A stretch of 64,000 nt of DNA from assembly GCA_965219445.1 (NCBI GenBank), contig CBDCNQ010000005.1, positions 1,184,001 through 1,248,000 on the forward strand, written 5' to 3'. Under the pieces are notes generated by a model, which saw only the letters and a program-made list of their open reading frames with translations, was not told the origin of the DNA and made no database searches. A program made the translations under genes and the position numbers. Positions 18,632 to 27,748 of this stretch are shown here, one piece after another (position 1 is the first letter of the stretch; each line of letters opens with the position of its first letter). The stretch is from Longimicrobiales bacterium. Lineage in GTDB: Bacteria; Gemmatimonadota; Gemmatimonadetes; Longimicrobiales; Gaopeijiaceae.

Positions 18632-18832
18632 ACGCTCAGTATATACGCTATATCACGGGAGATGCCTGGTTTCATTGGGGTTTTCGAGAAAATTTCCCGG
18701 AGTCGGAGTCCTGGATTCCAGGCTTTCAGCGGGGTTACGTAGTGGAGAAGGTATTGGAGTGCGGCTTGGATCCCGCTACATCACGTGGGCAATGCGGTGG
18801 CACTCCCCAAAACCCATCCCAAACTCCGGTAG

Positions 18833-21334
18833 TCAGAATAGATCGGCATCGAGAAGCCGCAGCGCTTCTTCGTCATACTCGACCACGGCCTCGCGCACCC
18901 CATCCGACTCACTCGAAACATTGGCGATCTCATAACCCATGGCCCGGTAGCCCTTCAGGCGCTTCTCGAACATGCGGCGGAGCATAGGCACCTCCCGGTC
19001 TACGTAGTCGAAGATGCGAACGTCGGTCTTTCCATGGTGTCTACGGTGGAGGCGACCAGCGTACTGGACCAGGGTCCCTCTCCAAGCGACTGGCATGGTC
19101 AGGAACAGCGTGTCGAGGCGGGCGTCGTCGAAGCCCTCCCCCGCGAAGCGCCCGGTCGCGACGATCACTCGTTCCTCGGTGTCCGGAATCGATGCGAGCA
19201 TCTCTGCGGCCGCACGCCTGCGCTTCTTCCCCATCCCTCCCTGCAGTATCACCAGGTTCCGCGCCACTCGCCGGAGTTCTTCGGCAAAGTACTCGAGATG
19301 ATTCTTTCGCTCGGTCAGCAGGATCGGAGACCGGCCGTCCTCCAGGGCGCGGATGACGTCGTCAACGATCATCCTGTTCCGAGCCGCATCGAGCGTGATC
19401 TTGCCATAGATCTCCTGGATCCCGGGCACTCCGCTCGAGGCATCGATCCGGAATCCGGTGTCCCGGACTACAAGTCGGTGCGGGAACGGACGGTCAGCGG
19501 CTTGCCTCTTGGCGTCAACGGAGTAACGGATGGGCCCGAGTTGGAACTCCAGAATCGGGTGATGCCCGTCCCTCCGTCTCGGGGTGGCAGTGAGGCCGGT
19601 CACATACCGGGCCCGCACCTCCCGCATTACGCGTTCGAAGGACACCGCAGGGACGTGATGGCATTCGTCCACAAGCACGTGGCCGTAGTTCGCCACGAGG
19701 TCTTCGACGTCCCCACGACGCACTAAGCTCTGGATCATGGCGACGTCCACTGCCCCGGTGACGCTGCGCCTACCGCCCCCGATCTGCCCAATGTCGTCCG
19801 GCTTCAGATCGAGGAAGAGGGCGAGCTGCGCCCGCCACTGATCGACGAGCTGGGTGCGGTGGACGATGACGAGCGTGCTCCTGCCGCGACTCGCGATGAG
19901 GTGGGCGCCGACCACGGTCTTTCCGCTTCCGGGTGGAGCCACGAACACTCCGATGTTCCCCTCGATTAGGGCTCGAACGGCGGCTTTCTGCAGATCCGTG
20001 AGCTCTCCGTGGAACTGCAAGTTCAGCGGCTCTCCCTCGATCCGCTGATCATCGACCACGGGCTCGATGTCGTGATCCCGTAGTACCTCTTCCAGCGCCG
20101 ACAGACAGCCCCGAGGCAAGCCGATGTGTCCCGGTAGGTTCTCCGCACAACTGATGATTCGCGGGGTCAGGGCCGTCGAGAGCCGCATGGCCTGCTTCTC
20201 ATAGAACTGCGGGTTCCGGAACGCGGCCAGGCGGTTGATCCGGTCGATGAGAGCCGGCGGCAGGTCCGCCTTCTCCACGAAAACCTGTTGCGCGAGCACG
20301 GCCTTGACCTTGCGGGGGAAGGGGCCTTCGATGCGTGGTTCCGGTCTTGGTCCTGAGGTCGGGCGCAGCCAGGGGACTTCGTCTTCCTTGTCGATGGCCC
20401 CGGCGTCCCGCAAGCCCAGGACCTTTCCACTGGCCGACGCCTCGCGAGCGAGCTCCTCCACCCTATGCGGATTGATCCGAGGCAGTGCCGCGAGATACTC
20501 CCACTGCTCGGGGAAAGGCTCCCACCTGGCGTCGACGAACACTGTATTGCCACTCTTCCTGGCTTCGTACTGCAGAGGGAGCGCGATGAGGTTCCCGAAC
20601 CCCCCGCGCGGCATCGTGTCCTGGTTCGGGAAAAAGCGGTCATAGGAATGCATTGGAAGCCCCGGGCGGGCCGCCATCGTCTCCGTGAGCAGGTAGGACG
20701 CCATCTTGCGGGCATCGCTCGCTGGTAAGGGTGCTGAGAAGAAGAACCAGACGTGTGCTCCATCACCCGAGCGGGAGCGCTCGACCGCCGGGGTGAGCCC
20801 GAAGCGCCGGCCCGTCTCCACGTAGGCGGCTACATCCCCCTGCCAGTGCCCCTTGTCGAAGTCGACGGCGAGGAACCGGCAGGTCTCGTCCTCCATCAGC
20901 GGGTACACACCCGCGACGTGGCGGCCTTGAAGGTGGTCGAAGAGCACCTCATCCGTGACGTCCAAGAACGCTTGGTTTGGGCACTCCCCGCACTTGACCC
21001 GTGGCTTCTCGCAGACGCCGTGGACCCACTCATTCCCACAAGCCGGCGCGTAGCCCTGCTTCTTCGTCCTCGAGTTTCGCCAAAGCTTCGGAAAGACGTC
21101 CGTTCGTCCCGAGAAGAGGGAGCGGAAGAGAGCCACCTTCTCCAGCTTTGATCCAGGCGCCCTGCCCAGGTCGAGCACCGGAAGCTCCAAGATCGGACTC
21201 TCACCCGAGGCCAGGTCGTTCCGCAGCTCCTCAAGGCGATTTTGGACATGAGTCCGCTCGCTGTCGAGCTCTGCAAGCCGAGCTTCGGCGGCGGCGATCT
21301 CCTTGCGAAGAGAGTCTTGGTCGGGACGAGGCAT
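18833..21334 (-). CDS. AEP (TOTE-type) primase domain fused to an SF2 DEAD/DEAH (ResIII-like) helicase
   Basis: ACGNEW..GVC.KP.VKCGEC, AVDFD, ERSRSG.GAH.W, GNLIALPL; APPGSGKT, DECHH, GLTATP, GEGFD, QYAGRLHR. Confidence 0.9.
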   Translation of the reverse strand: MPRPDQDSLRKEIAAAEARLAELDSERTHVQNRLEELRNDLASGESPILELPVLDLGRAPGSKLEKVALFRSLFSGRTDVFPKLWRNSRTKKQGYAPACGNEWVHGVCEKPRVKCGECPNQAFLDVTDEVLFDHLQGRHVAGVYPLMEDETCRFLAVDFDKGHWQGDVAAYVETGRRFGLTPAVERSRSGDGAHVWFFFSAPLPASDARKMASYLLTETMAARPGLPMHSYDRFFPNQDTMPRGGFGNLIALPLQYEARKSGNTVFVDARWEPFPEQWEYLAALPRINPHRVEELAREASASGKVLGLRDAGAIDKEDEVPWLRPTSGPRPEPRIEGPFPRKVKAVLAQQVFVEKADLPPALIDRINRLAAFRNPQFYEKQAMRLSTALTPRIISCAENLPGHIGLPRGCLSALEEVLRDHDIEPVVDDQRIEGEPLNLQFHGELTDLQKAAVRALIEGNIGVFVAPPGSGKTVVGAHLIASRGRSTLVIVHRTQLVDQWRAQLALFLDLKPDDIGQIGGGRRSVTGAVDVAMIQSLVRRGDVEDLVANYGHVLVDECHHVPAVSFERVMREVRARYVTGLTATPRRRDGHHPILEFQLGPIRYSVDAKRQAADRPFPHRLVVRDTGFRIDASSGVPGIQEIYGKITLDAARNRMIVDDVIRALEDGRSPILLTERKNHLEYFAEELRRVARNLVILQGGMGKKRRRAAAEMLASIPDTEERVIVATGRFAGEGFDDARLDTLFLTMPVAWRGTLVQYAGRLHRRHHGKTDVRIFDYVDREVPMLRRMFEKRLKGYRAMGYEIANVSSESDGVREAVVEYDEEALRLLDADLF

Positions 21335-21352
21335 GACCGGGTGACCTCCGAG

Positions 21353-21955
21353 TCACCGCCCTGGGGCGGATTCGAGAAACCCTGCGCTTTCGAGGCGCTG
21401 CGCAAGATGCCGGAGGCCGGCCCGCGTCCGAAGCGCATCCAAGTATGCGACCGGTGCCAGAGGATCCCGCACAAGAGAGGTGCGATGAGCTTCTGCCGCC
21501 CCGACGATTCGCTCTGAGTCCATCGCCCAAAGCCGATCAAGGAAGCTGGGTGGTCGTATCGGCTCAAGGCCGAAGCCGGCGAGCAGGGCCTTCGGGAAGT
21601 GCTTGGTGTTCCAGGTCACGATCACATCCGCTTCATAGTGAACCGCTAGCGCAAGCACATGTCGGTCACCCTCATCGGGTACCTGCACGTCCTGCTCCGC
21701 ACCGTGGAAGCGGCTCCCGCACGCTTCGGGGAAGGCCCGTTGCATCTGGGAATCCAGGTGATCGAGCTGCTCCTCCGTCAGATCGGCTTTGACACGCAGA
21801 TTTCGGCGGACCTCATCCAGGATCAACTCGGACCAGAGCGGCTCGTAGAGCCCTGCCTGCGCAAGCCAGAGAAGGAGATTCCGTAGCTGGAATGGATACA
21901 AGACGTTTGCATCCAGAACGGCAAGGAGCTTCAGGTCAGTAGCCCTGGCCCGCAT
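21353..21955 (-). CDS. PIN-domain toxin/RNase
   Basis: AVLDANVL, WS..ILDE, PDEGDRHVLALA...IVTWNTKHFP. Confidence 0.9.
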   Translation of the reverse strand: MRARATDLKLLAVLDANVLYPFQLRNLLLWLAQAGLYEPLWSELILDEVRRNLRVKADLTEEQLDHLDSQMQRAFPEACGSRFHGAEQDVQVPDEGDRHVLALAVHYEADVIVTWNTKHFPKALLAGFGLEPIRPPSFLDRLWAMDSERIVGAAEAHRTSLVRDPLAPVAYLDALRTRAGLRHLAQRLESAGFLESAPGR

Positions 21956-22400
21956 CGGCCGTGGTCTTCGCCATTTCGCGAAGAGCCGCGTCGCGCTCCC
22001 GTTGCGATGCCGCCTCCCCACCACGACGCATCGTCGCCTTGTATCGCTCCACGTCCGCCCGGAGGATGCGACGGTGCGTCCCCACCATTCTGTAGCTCAG
22101 TTCCCCCTGCTCAAGAAGGTCGATGAGTGTGGGGCGCGACATGCCGAGATCCGACGCCGCTTGGCTGGTCGTGTACTCGGTGTCCTCGGCGCAACCCTCC
22201 ACCAGAACTGCGTTCCCCTTGGCGAACTCACTTAGAATTCTATCCAGCGCCTTACCCGTACCGGCGGACAACTCCACCCCGGCGACCCGCGTGCTCCCAC
22301 CACGACTTCGCTGCCTCCGAGCGGCTCGGAGGGCTTCCTTCATCCTCCTTGCGGTATCAACGTCCTGTGCGGAAGGCTCGATTCTGTTCTTGACTGCCAT
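21936..22400 (-). CDS. Excisionase-like HTH antitoxin/regulator
   Basis: TTSQAASDLGMSRPTLIDLLEQGELSYRMVGTHRRI; overlaps the PIN gene; AGGAG RBS. Confidence 0.88.
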   Translation of the reverse strand: MAVKNRIEPSAQDVDTARRMKEALRAARRQRSRGGSTRVAGVELSAGTGKALDRILSEFAKGNAVLVEGCAEDTEYTTSQAASDLGMSRPTLIDLLEQGELSYRMVGTHRRILRADVERYKATMRRGGEAASQRERDAALREMAKTTADAGQGY

Positions 22401-22430
22401 GGTCTCTCCTAATCTGTCCGGCGGCCCGTA

Positions 22431-22466
22431 TACGTAATAAACGAAATAAACGCAACATACGCAAGA
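22431..22466. promoter_or_regulatory. Four imperfect 9-bp direct repeats, putative operator
   Basis: TACGTAATA AACGAAATA AACGCAACA TACGCAAGA, 30 bp upstream of the HTH start. Confidence 0.6.
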
Positions 22467-22925
22467 TCACAGCCGTGAGGGTTTGTACGTGGTTCGTCCT
22501 GGAGCCTCGGCCTCGGTCGCTACAGGGCGGCGCGGGCTCTTCTCTTGTGGGATGGAGATTCCAGCGAGCGGGTTCTCACGAAGGGTTCTTCACCGGTAAG
22601 GACACCCGCCGCAATCTGGAGCCTTCCTTAGAGGTGAGCCGCGTGAGGAACCAGCCCCGCTCAAGGTTCCGGCCTCCGCGAAGATAACAGGAAGGAGGCC
22701 CGCTAGCGGCATCGAGGACGATGCCCAGTTGCTGGGAGGGGACTCGTGCCGATTGGCTGTGCAAGCGCGCGTGGAGGCGACCCGGATTCCCGCCACTTGA
22801 TGCGATTTCCCCGACATTTCAGTACATTCTAATCAGACTCGGTCCAACGGCAAGAACGGCAGATCGTGCAGTCCCAGTGGAACTTAGACGATTACTTGCC
22901 GTGATTCGGGGCTTTGGGAGTCTGC

Positions 22926-23047
22926 GCTACCAGCGGGCCGACGAGGACCAGCTCAGGAAGGCCCTCGACGACCGCCGGAGGGCCTGCTCTTAGCCCAAAT
23001 AGCGGGAATCGAATAGCGGGAATCAGACTAACGATTCCCGTAAGTCC
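22926..23047 (+). pseudogene. 3' remnant of a paralog of the 11535 integrase, with its arm-site pair
   Basis: YQRADEDQLRKALDDRRR vs YQHADEDQLRNALDNRRR; TAGCGGGAATC twice; CGTAAGT. Confidence 0.85.
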
Positions 23048-23049
23048 CT

Positions 23050-23078
23050 TGGGCGTAGCAGGATCCGAACCTGCGACC
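23050..23078 (-). other. tRNA 3'-end fragment (T arm plus acceptor strand), att-site remnant; isotype not determinable
   Basis: Minus strand GGTCGCAGGTTCGGATCCTGCTACGCCCA; stem GCAGG/CCTGC; 5' half absent. Confidence 0.7.
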
Positions 23079-23080
23079 TG

Positions 23081-23315
23081 ATGCACATCAGACAACGGGG
23101 TGCATGTGCACCGAAACGCCATTTCCATGTGCGCGCCAGCGCTCCCGTATGTGGCTGCCTGTCTTACAGTTGCGGCACGGCCGCCGGAGCGGCGACACCG
23201 CTCCGGAGCTTTCGGCCGAAGAAGGGAGCGACCCCCCCTTTCGGGATGCCTCGATCGGCATCGGGGAGGGTTGGCATGTGCACGCCCATGCCACCCTCCG
23301 CCGGGGGTCGCTCCC
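23081..23315 (-). repeat. Structured noncoding element, copy B
   Basis: Inverted homolog of 5856-5980 (23081-23206) and of 5561-5651 (23224-23315). Confidence 0.75.
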
Positions 23316-23329
23316 CTCCAGCAATCCCT

Positions 23330-24007
23330 AGCGGGAAGACCACGCTCGCCGACCTCGTCGGGCGCTTCTACGACGTGACGTCCGGCCGGGTGACCGTGGA
23401 TGGGGTGGATGTACGGGACTGGACGGTTTCGAGTCTGCGTGGAGCGATGGGTATCGTGACCCAGGAGACCGTACTCTTCCACGATACGATCGCGGCCAAT
23501 ATCGCCTATGGAGCCAGGAGCACGACGGAGAACAAAATCTGCCGTGCGGCGCGCGCAGCCAACGCCCACACCTTTATCTCCGCCCTTCCGGAGGGCTACG
23601 ATACGGTGGTCGGGGAACGCGGCACTCGCCTGTCGGGGGGAGAGCGTCAGCGCATCGCTCTTGCGAGGGCGATCCTCTCAGACCGTCCCATCCTCATTTT
23701 CGACGAGGCGACGAGCGCCCTCGATACCGAGTCGGAGGGCCTTGTGCAGGAGGCTGTGGGGCGCCTCATGGGCGGGCGCACCGTGCTGGTGATCGCCCAC
23801 CGCCTGTCGACGGTTCGCCACGCCGATCTCATCGTCGTCCTGAGCGGGGGACGGATCGTCGAACGGGGCGACCATGTGTCCCTGCTTGCGGCGGGAGGAC
23901 TCTATCGGCGCCTCTGCACCCTGCAGCACGCCAACCCTAACGGGAGCGATCCTGTGGCCGCCCCTACGGGCTCCACAGCCGCTGTTCGTGAGGTAGCCTC
24001 ATCGTGA
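23330..24007 (+). pseudogene. MsbA-like ABC exporter, ATPase part only (begins within Walker A)
   Basis: SGKTTLADLVGRFYDV, VTQETVLF, LSGGERQR, FDEATSALD, IAHRLST; TM domain absent; next to lipid A acyltransferase. Confidence 0.85.
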
Positions 24008-24903
24008 GCACGGTTCGGTACCGGATCGAGTTCTGGATTTTTCGAGCGCTTTCCTGGATCCTGGTCGTGATTCCCGAGCCAGCCGCACGCGCCTTGTGCA
24101 GCATGGTCGGGTGGGTTTTCGGTGTAGTGTTGCGGGTCCGCCGTGTCGACACCGATCAACATCTCCAGATTGCGTTCCCCGAACGGGACTCCGCCTGGCG
24201 GCGGCGAGTCGCACGGAGCAGCTACATGCACCTTGCTCGGGAGGCGGCCATGACCGTCCGTCTTGCTCGGATGCCGTCCGAGGAGATTGTTCGGCGCACG
24301 GAGGTCGTCGGTTTCGAAGCGCTACGAGAGGCGGCCGCTGGGGGCAGGGGTGCCGTCGTGATTTCCGGACATTTGGGCAATTGGGAGGTCGCGGCGGCCG
24401 CGGTGGCGGCGAGAGGAGTGCCGATGGACGTGGCGGCCCATCTCCAGAAGAACCCCTTGTTCTACCACCATATGGTCGAACTACGGCGTCGTCTCGGTCT
24501 GACGGTCATCGTGAAGAACGAGGCGTCTCGTCTGGTGCCGCAGGCCCTCGCCGCGGGCCGCGTCGTTGCACTCATTTCCGATCAGAACATGCGGAAGCGT
24601 GGAGTCTTCGTCGATTTTTTCGGAAGGACGGCCGCTACCGCGAAGGGTCCCGCCTTGTTCGCCCTCCGCACGGGTGCCCCGGTCTTCTTGGGGGTCGCGG
24701 TCCGGAAACGGGGTCATCCCTCACGCTATCGCGTGATCATCGAACGCGTGCCCGTCGAGGAGGGCGCGCCCGGTCCGGATGCGATCCGTGACTTGACCCA
24801 GCGGCACGTCTCCAGGCTGGAGGCGCGGATTCGTGAAACGCCGAACCAGTACTTTTGGCAGCATCGGCGTTGGAAAACGCGCCCAGAACCGGAACCACCC
24901 TGA
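24004..24903 (+). CDS. Lipid A biosynthesis (LpxL/HtrB-family) acyltransferase
   Basis: GHLGNWE, ISDQ, VFVDFFG, P.QYFWQHRRWK. Confidence 0.92.
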   Translation: MSTVRYRIEFWIFRALSWILVVIPEPAARALCSMVGWVFGVVLRVRRVDTDQHLQIAFPERDSAWRRRVARSSYMHLAREAAMTVRLARMPSEEIVRRTEVVGFEALREAAAGGRGAVVISGHLGNWEVAAAAVAARGVPMDVAAHLQKNPLFYHHMVELRRRLGLTVIVKNEASRLVPQALAAGRVVALISDQNMRKRGVFVDFFGRTAATAKGPALFALRTGAPVFLGVAVRKRGHPSRYRVIIERVPVEEGAPGPDAIRDLTQRHVSRLEARIRETPNQYFWQHRRWKTRPEPEPP

Positions 24904-24974
24904 TTCACCATCTGTATTAGACTTCCCGTCTCTCCCGGATGTGGCCAGGGTTCGAAGGCTGTTGAAGGAGTCCC

Positions 24975-25727
24975 GTGATCTACATCTGCATTCCTGCGCA
25001 CAACGAAGAGCGAACCATCGGAGTTCTTCTTTGGAAGATCCGGAAGGTGATGCTCGAGTTCGGGCGTGACTACGAGGTACTGGTTCTCGATGATGCGTCC
25101 ACGGACGGGACCCCCGAGGTGCTCGATCGATACCGTCGTACGCTTCCGTTGCGGGTCCTCAAGGAGGAGGATCGCACGGGATACCCCGGCGCGGTTCAGC
25201 GCTTGCTGCGGGAGACGCTCGAGCGCACGAGCTACCCCAAGAGAGACGCCGCGATCTTGCTTCAAGCCGATTTTACGGAGAGCCCCGATTACATTGTTCC
25301 GCTGATCAAGGCACTCGAGGGTGGAGCTGACGTCGTGGCCGGCGTGGTCGAGGCGAACGGGCGTCCCGCGCCGCGCGCGGTCCGGGTGGCCAGGCGGATG
25401 GCACCGTGGATCCTTGGAAGGGCCTTTGAGGGTGCTCCGGTATCCGATCCACTATCCGGCTTTCGGGCCTACCGGCTGATCGTGCTCAAGAAAGCGTTGG
25501 CGGAGTTCAGGGGCAGACCGTTCTTGACCACTGATGGATGGGCGTCCAACGTAGAACTACTCGGTCTCGTCGCACCCCACGCACGCCGGATCGTCGAGGC
25601 GCCACTGACGTTGCGATACGATGCCGGCGGGCGCCCCTCGCGTTTGAGCGCGGTCCGAACCCTTCGTGGGCTCCTCCGTGTACGACGGGAGAGGTGGGAA
25701 AGTCCTGAAAGAGAAGGAAAGAGGTAA
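24975..25727 (+). CDS. Glycosyltransferase family 2
   Basis: ICIPAHNEE, VLDDASTDGT, QAD, SDPLSGFRAY. Confidence 0.88.
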   Translation: MIYICIPAHNEERTIGVLLWKIRKVMLEFGRDYEVLVLDDASTDGTPEVLDRYRRTLPLRVLKEEDRTGYPGAVQRLLRETLERTSYPKRDAAILLQADFTESPDYIVPLIKALEGGADVVAGVVEANGRPAPRAVRVARRMAPWILGRAFEGAPVSDPLSGFRAYRLIVLKKALAEFRGRPFLTTDGWASNVELLGLVAPHARRIVEAPLTLRYDAGGRPSRLSAVRTLRGLLRVRRERWESPEREGKR

Positions 25728-26671
25728 TGCCACGGATATGCGCGGCGATTGGTTTGGCGCTGATGCTGGGCGTCGTGACACCCCAAGCGGGTGTCGCGCA
25801 GGCGCCCGGTATGCCCTCCGCCGTGCCGTCGGCCGACAGCCCCTTGCCGGCAGATGCCATGGCGGACGACTCCGTCGCGAATGGTTCCGAGTCGACGATC
25901 CTTGAGGCATATCACGGCTCGGAGGCCCACAGTGGCGAGGCGGTTTCGTACGAAATCGATCCTTTCGCAGCGGTCGTCCCCTACGGACCCGGCGAGCGGC
26001 TCGAATACAAGGTCAAGGCCGGTATCTTCAATGCCGGTGAGGCGCACATGGAGGTCCTGGGCCTCGATTCAGTTCGAGGCGAGCCCACCTACCATGTCGA
26101 GATGGCCTTGAAAGGCAGTCTCCTCTTCGGTGCGTTGAAGGTCGAGGATTATTGGAGTTCGTGGGTCGACACGCGGCTGATCACGGCTCGCCGGTTTGTC
26201 TCCGACGTGAGCAATACCGGCCACAGCAGCTACCGTTCTTTCGAGTTCTATCCGGACGAGATGTACTGGGAGCAGACGGACGAGGGCGTGATTGGTGAGT
26301 TGGCGACGGCTCTTCCCTTGGACGATATCTCGTTCATTTACTTCGTTCGGTCCCTTCCGCTAGAGGTGGGAAAGACCTACACGCTTCCGCGCTACTTCAA
26401 GAAGGACGGCAACCCGGTCGTCCTCGAGGTCGAGCGCCAGGACGTGCGAGAAGTACCTGCGGGGACGTTCAACACGATCGTCGTCCGGCCGACGATCAAG
26501 ACGAGTGGCCTCTTCAGCGAGGGGGGTGAGGCCGAGTTGCACTTCACCGATGACGAAAATCGGTATCTCGTTTATATGCGTGTCGGGATGGCCGTCGTCG
26601 GGTCCATCACGATACACCTCGAGAATATCATAGAGGGAACACCTATCCACTCCGGGGCGGCTGCCTGGTAG
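25727..26671 (+). CDS. DUF3108-like exported protein
   Basis: Signal peptide; PYGPGERLEY, PLDDISFIYFVR, VPAGTF. Confidence 0.75.
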   Translation: MPRICAAIGLALMLGVVTPQAGVAQAPGMPSAVPSADSPLPADAMADDSVANGSESTILEAYHGSEAHSGEAVSYEIDPFAAVVPYGPGERLEYKVKAGIFNAGEAHMEVLGLDSVRGEPTYHVEMALKGSLLFGALKVEDYWSSWVDTRLITARRFVSDVSNTGHSSYRSFEFYPDEMYWEQTDEGVIGELATALPLDDISFIYFVRSLPLEVGKTYTLPRYFKKDGNPVVLEVERQDVREVPAGTFNTIVVRPTIKTSGLFSEGGEAELHFTDDENRYLVYMRVGMAVVGSITIHLENIIEGTPIHSGAAAW

Positions 26672-26706
26672 AACCAAGGGGCTCTCCGCCCCTCCGTGGT
26701 GAGCAC

Positions 26707-27264
26707 GTGAGCCGGCGACTCGATCTGAGAAGGCTTCGCCTGAGGGCCGTCTGGCTTCTCATCATCCCGTTCTACGTCTATGCGTCCCCTTCGGCGATTC
26801 TGTTGGCGTGGGGTGCTGGCGTGAGCACGGCCGGCCTTGCGCTGCGATCCTGGGCTGCAGGGTCCATTCAGAAGGACCAGGAATTGGCCACGACCGGACC
26901 GTATGCCCATACACGGAATCCACTATACATGGGCAGCTTTCTTCTCGGCGCCGGGGTGACGGTCGCTGGCGGGCAGTGGGTGTTCGGTGTGGCGTTTCTG
27001 GTGTTCTTCGTTTTGGTCTACCGCGCGACGGTGCTCCGCGAGGTCTCCGAGTTAGAGGCGCGTTTCGGAGAGCGGTACCGCGTCTACAAGGCCCAGGTGC
27101 CGTCGGTGCTGCCCAGACTCACCGCCTACGAGGGCGAGCCCTCAGACTCGCCGCCGGTAGCCTTCTCCAAAGCTCGCTACATGCGGAACCGCGAATGGGA
27201 GGCGGTACTCGGAGCGGCTGCGGTGTTCGGCTTGCTGGCCTTGAAGCTTGAACTCTGGCCTTGA
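26707..27264 (+). CDS. Isoprenylcysteine/phospholipid methyltransferase family (ICMT/PEMT)
   Basis: LATTGPYAHTRNPLYMG, E..L..RFGE.Y..YK..VP. Confidence 0.88.
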   Translation: MSRRLDLRRLRLRAVWLLIIPFYVYASPSAILLAWGAGVSTAGLALRSWAAGSIQKDQELATTGPYAHTRNPLYMGSFLLGAGVTVAGGQWVFGVAFLVFFVLVYRATVLREVSELEARFGERYRVYKAQVPSVLPRLTAYEGEPSDSPPVAFSKARYMRNREWEAVLGAAAVFGLLALKLELWP

Positions 27265-27272
27265 GGCGTGAC

Positions 27273-27707
27273 CTATTCGATCCCGACCTGGCGCTGCAGC
27301 CAGCGAATGTAGCCCACGATCTCCAGAACTGTCTGGTCCGTTACACCGGGCAGGGGCGGCATGTCTCCAAATCTCCAGTGATGGGCCTGAACACCGTTGC
27401 GCGCGGCCAAGATGAAGGCCACATCCGCATGGTGGCTCGGTTCATAGATGATGTGCACGAGGGGCGGCCCCTGGGTCGTGCCGTCACCGGCCGAACCATG
27501 GCAGACACTGCAGTTTTCCTCGAATAGCGCTTTACCCTGCGCCACTTCGGGAGGAGACGTTGTCGCGATCTGGCGGAGCAGGACCTGGACTTCGTCGACC
27601 GGCGGGGGCTCGGACTGAGGCTGCTCGGGCTCAGGAGTGCATCCCGTGCCGATGGTGGCGAGCAAGACAGCCGTTGTCACGGTCCAGAGCCCGGATATTC
27701 TGTTCAT
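27273..27707 (-). CDS. Monoheme cytochrome c lipoprotein
   Basis: IGTGC lipobox; CSVCH; GPPL; MP. Confidence 0.88.
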   Translation of the reverse strand: MNRISGLWTVTTAVLLATIGTGCTPEPEQPQSEPPPVDEVQVLLRQIATTSPPEVAQGKALFEENCSVCHGSAGDGTTQGPPLVHIIYEPSHHADVAFILAARNGVQAHHWRFGDMPPLPGVTDQTVLEIVGYIRWLQRQVGIE

Positions 27708-27748
27708 GGTCACGTTTGCTCCGTGTAATTGGCGACACCAAGCCAGAG

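Noticed and set aside
23050..23125. Complete tRNA gene
   Set aside because: Only the T arm and 3' acceptor strand are present; upstream DNA belongs to the repeat element and lacks D and anticodon arms.
23081..23330. N-terminus of the 308-aa ORF as part of the ABC ATPase
   Set aside because: It is translated repeat DNA; ABC similarity starts only at SGKTT.
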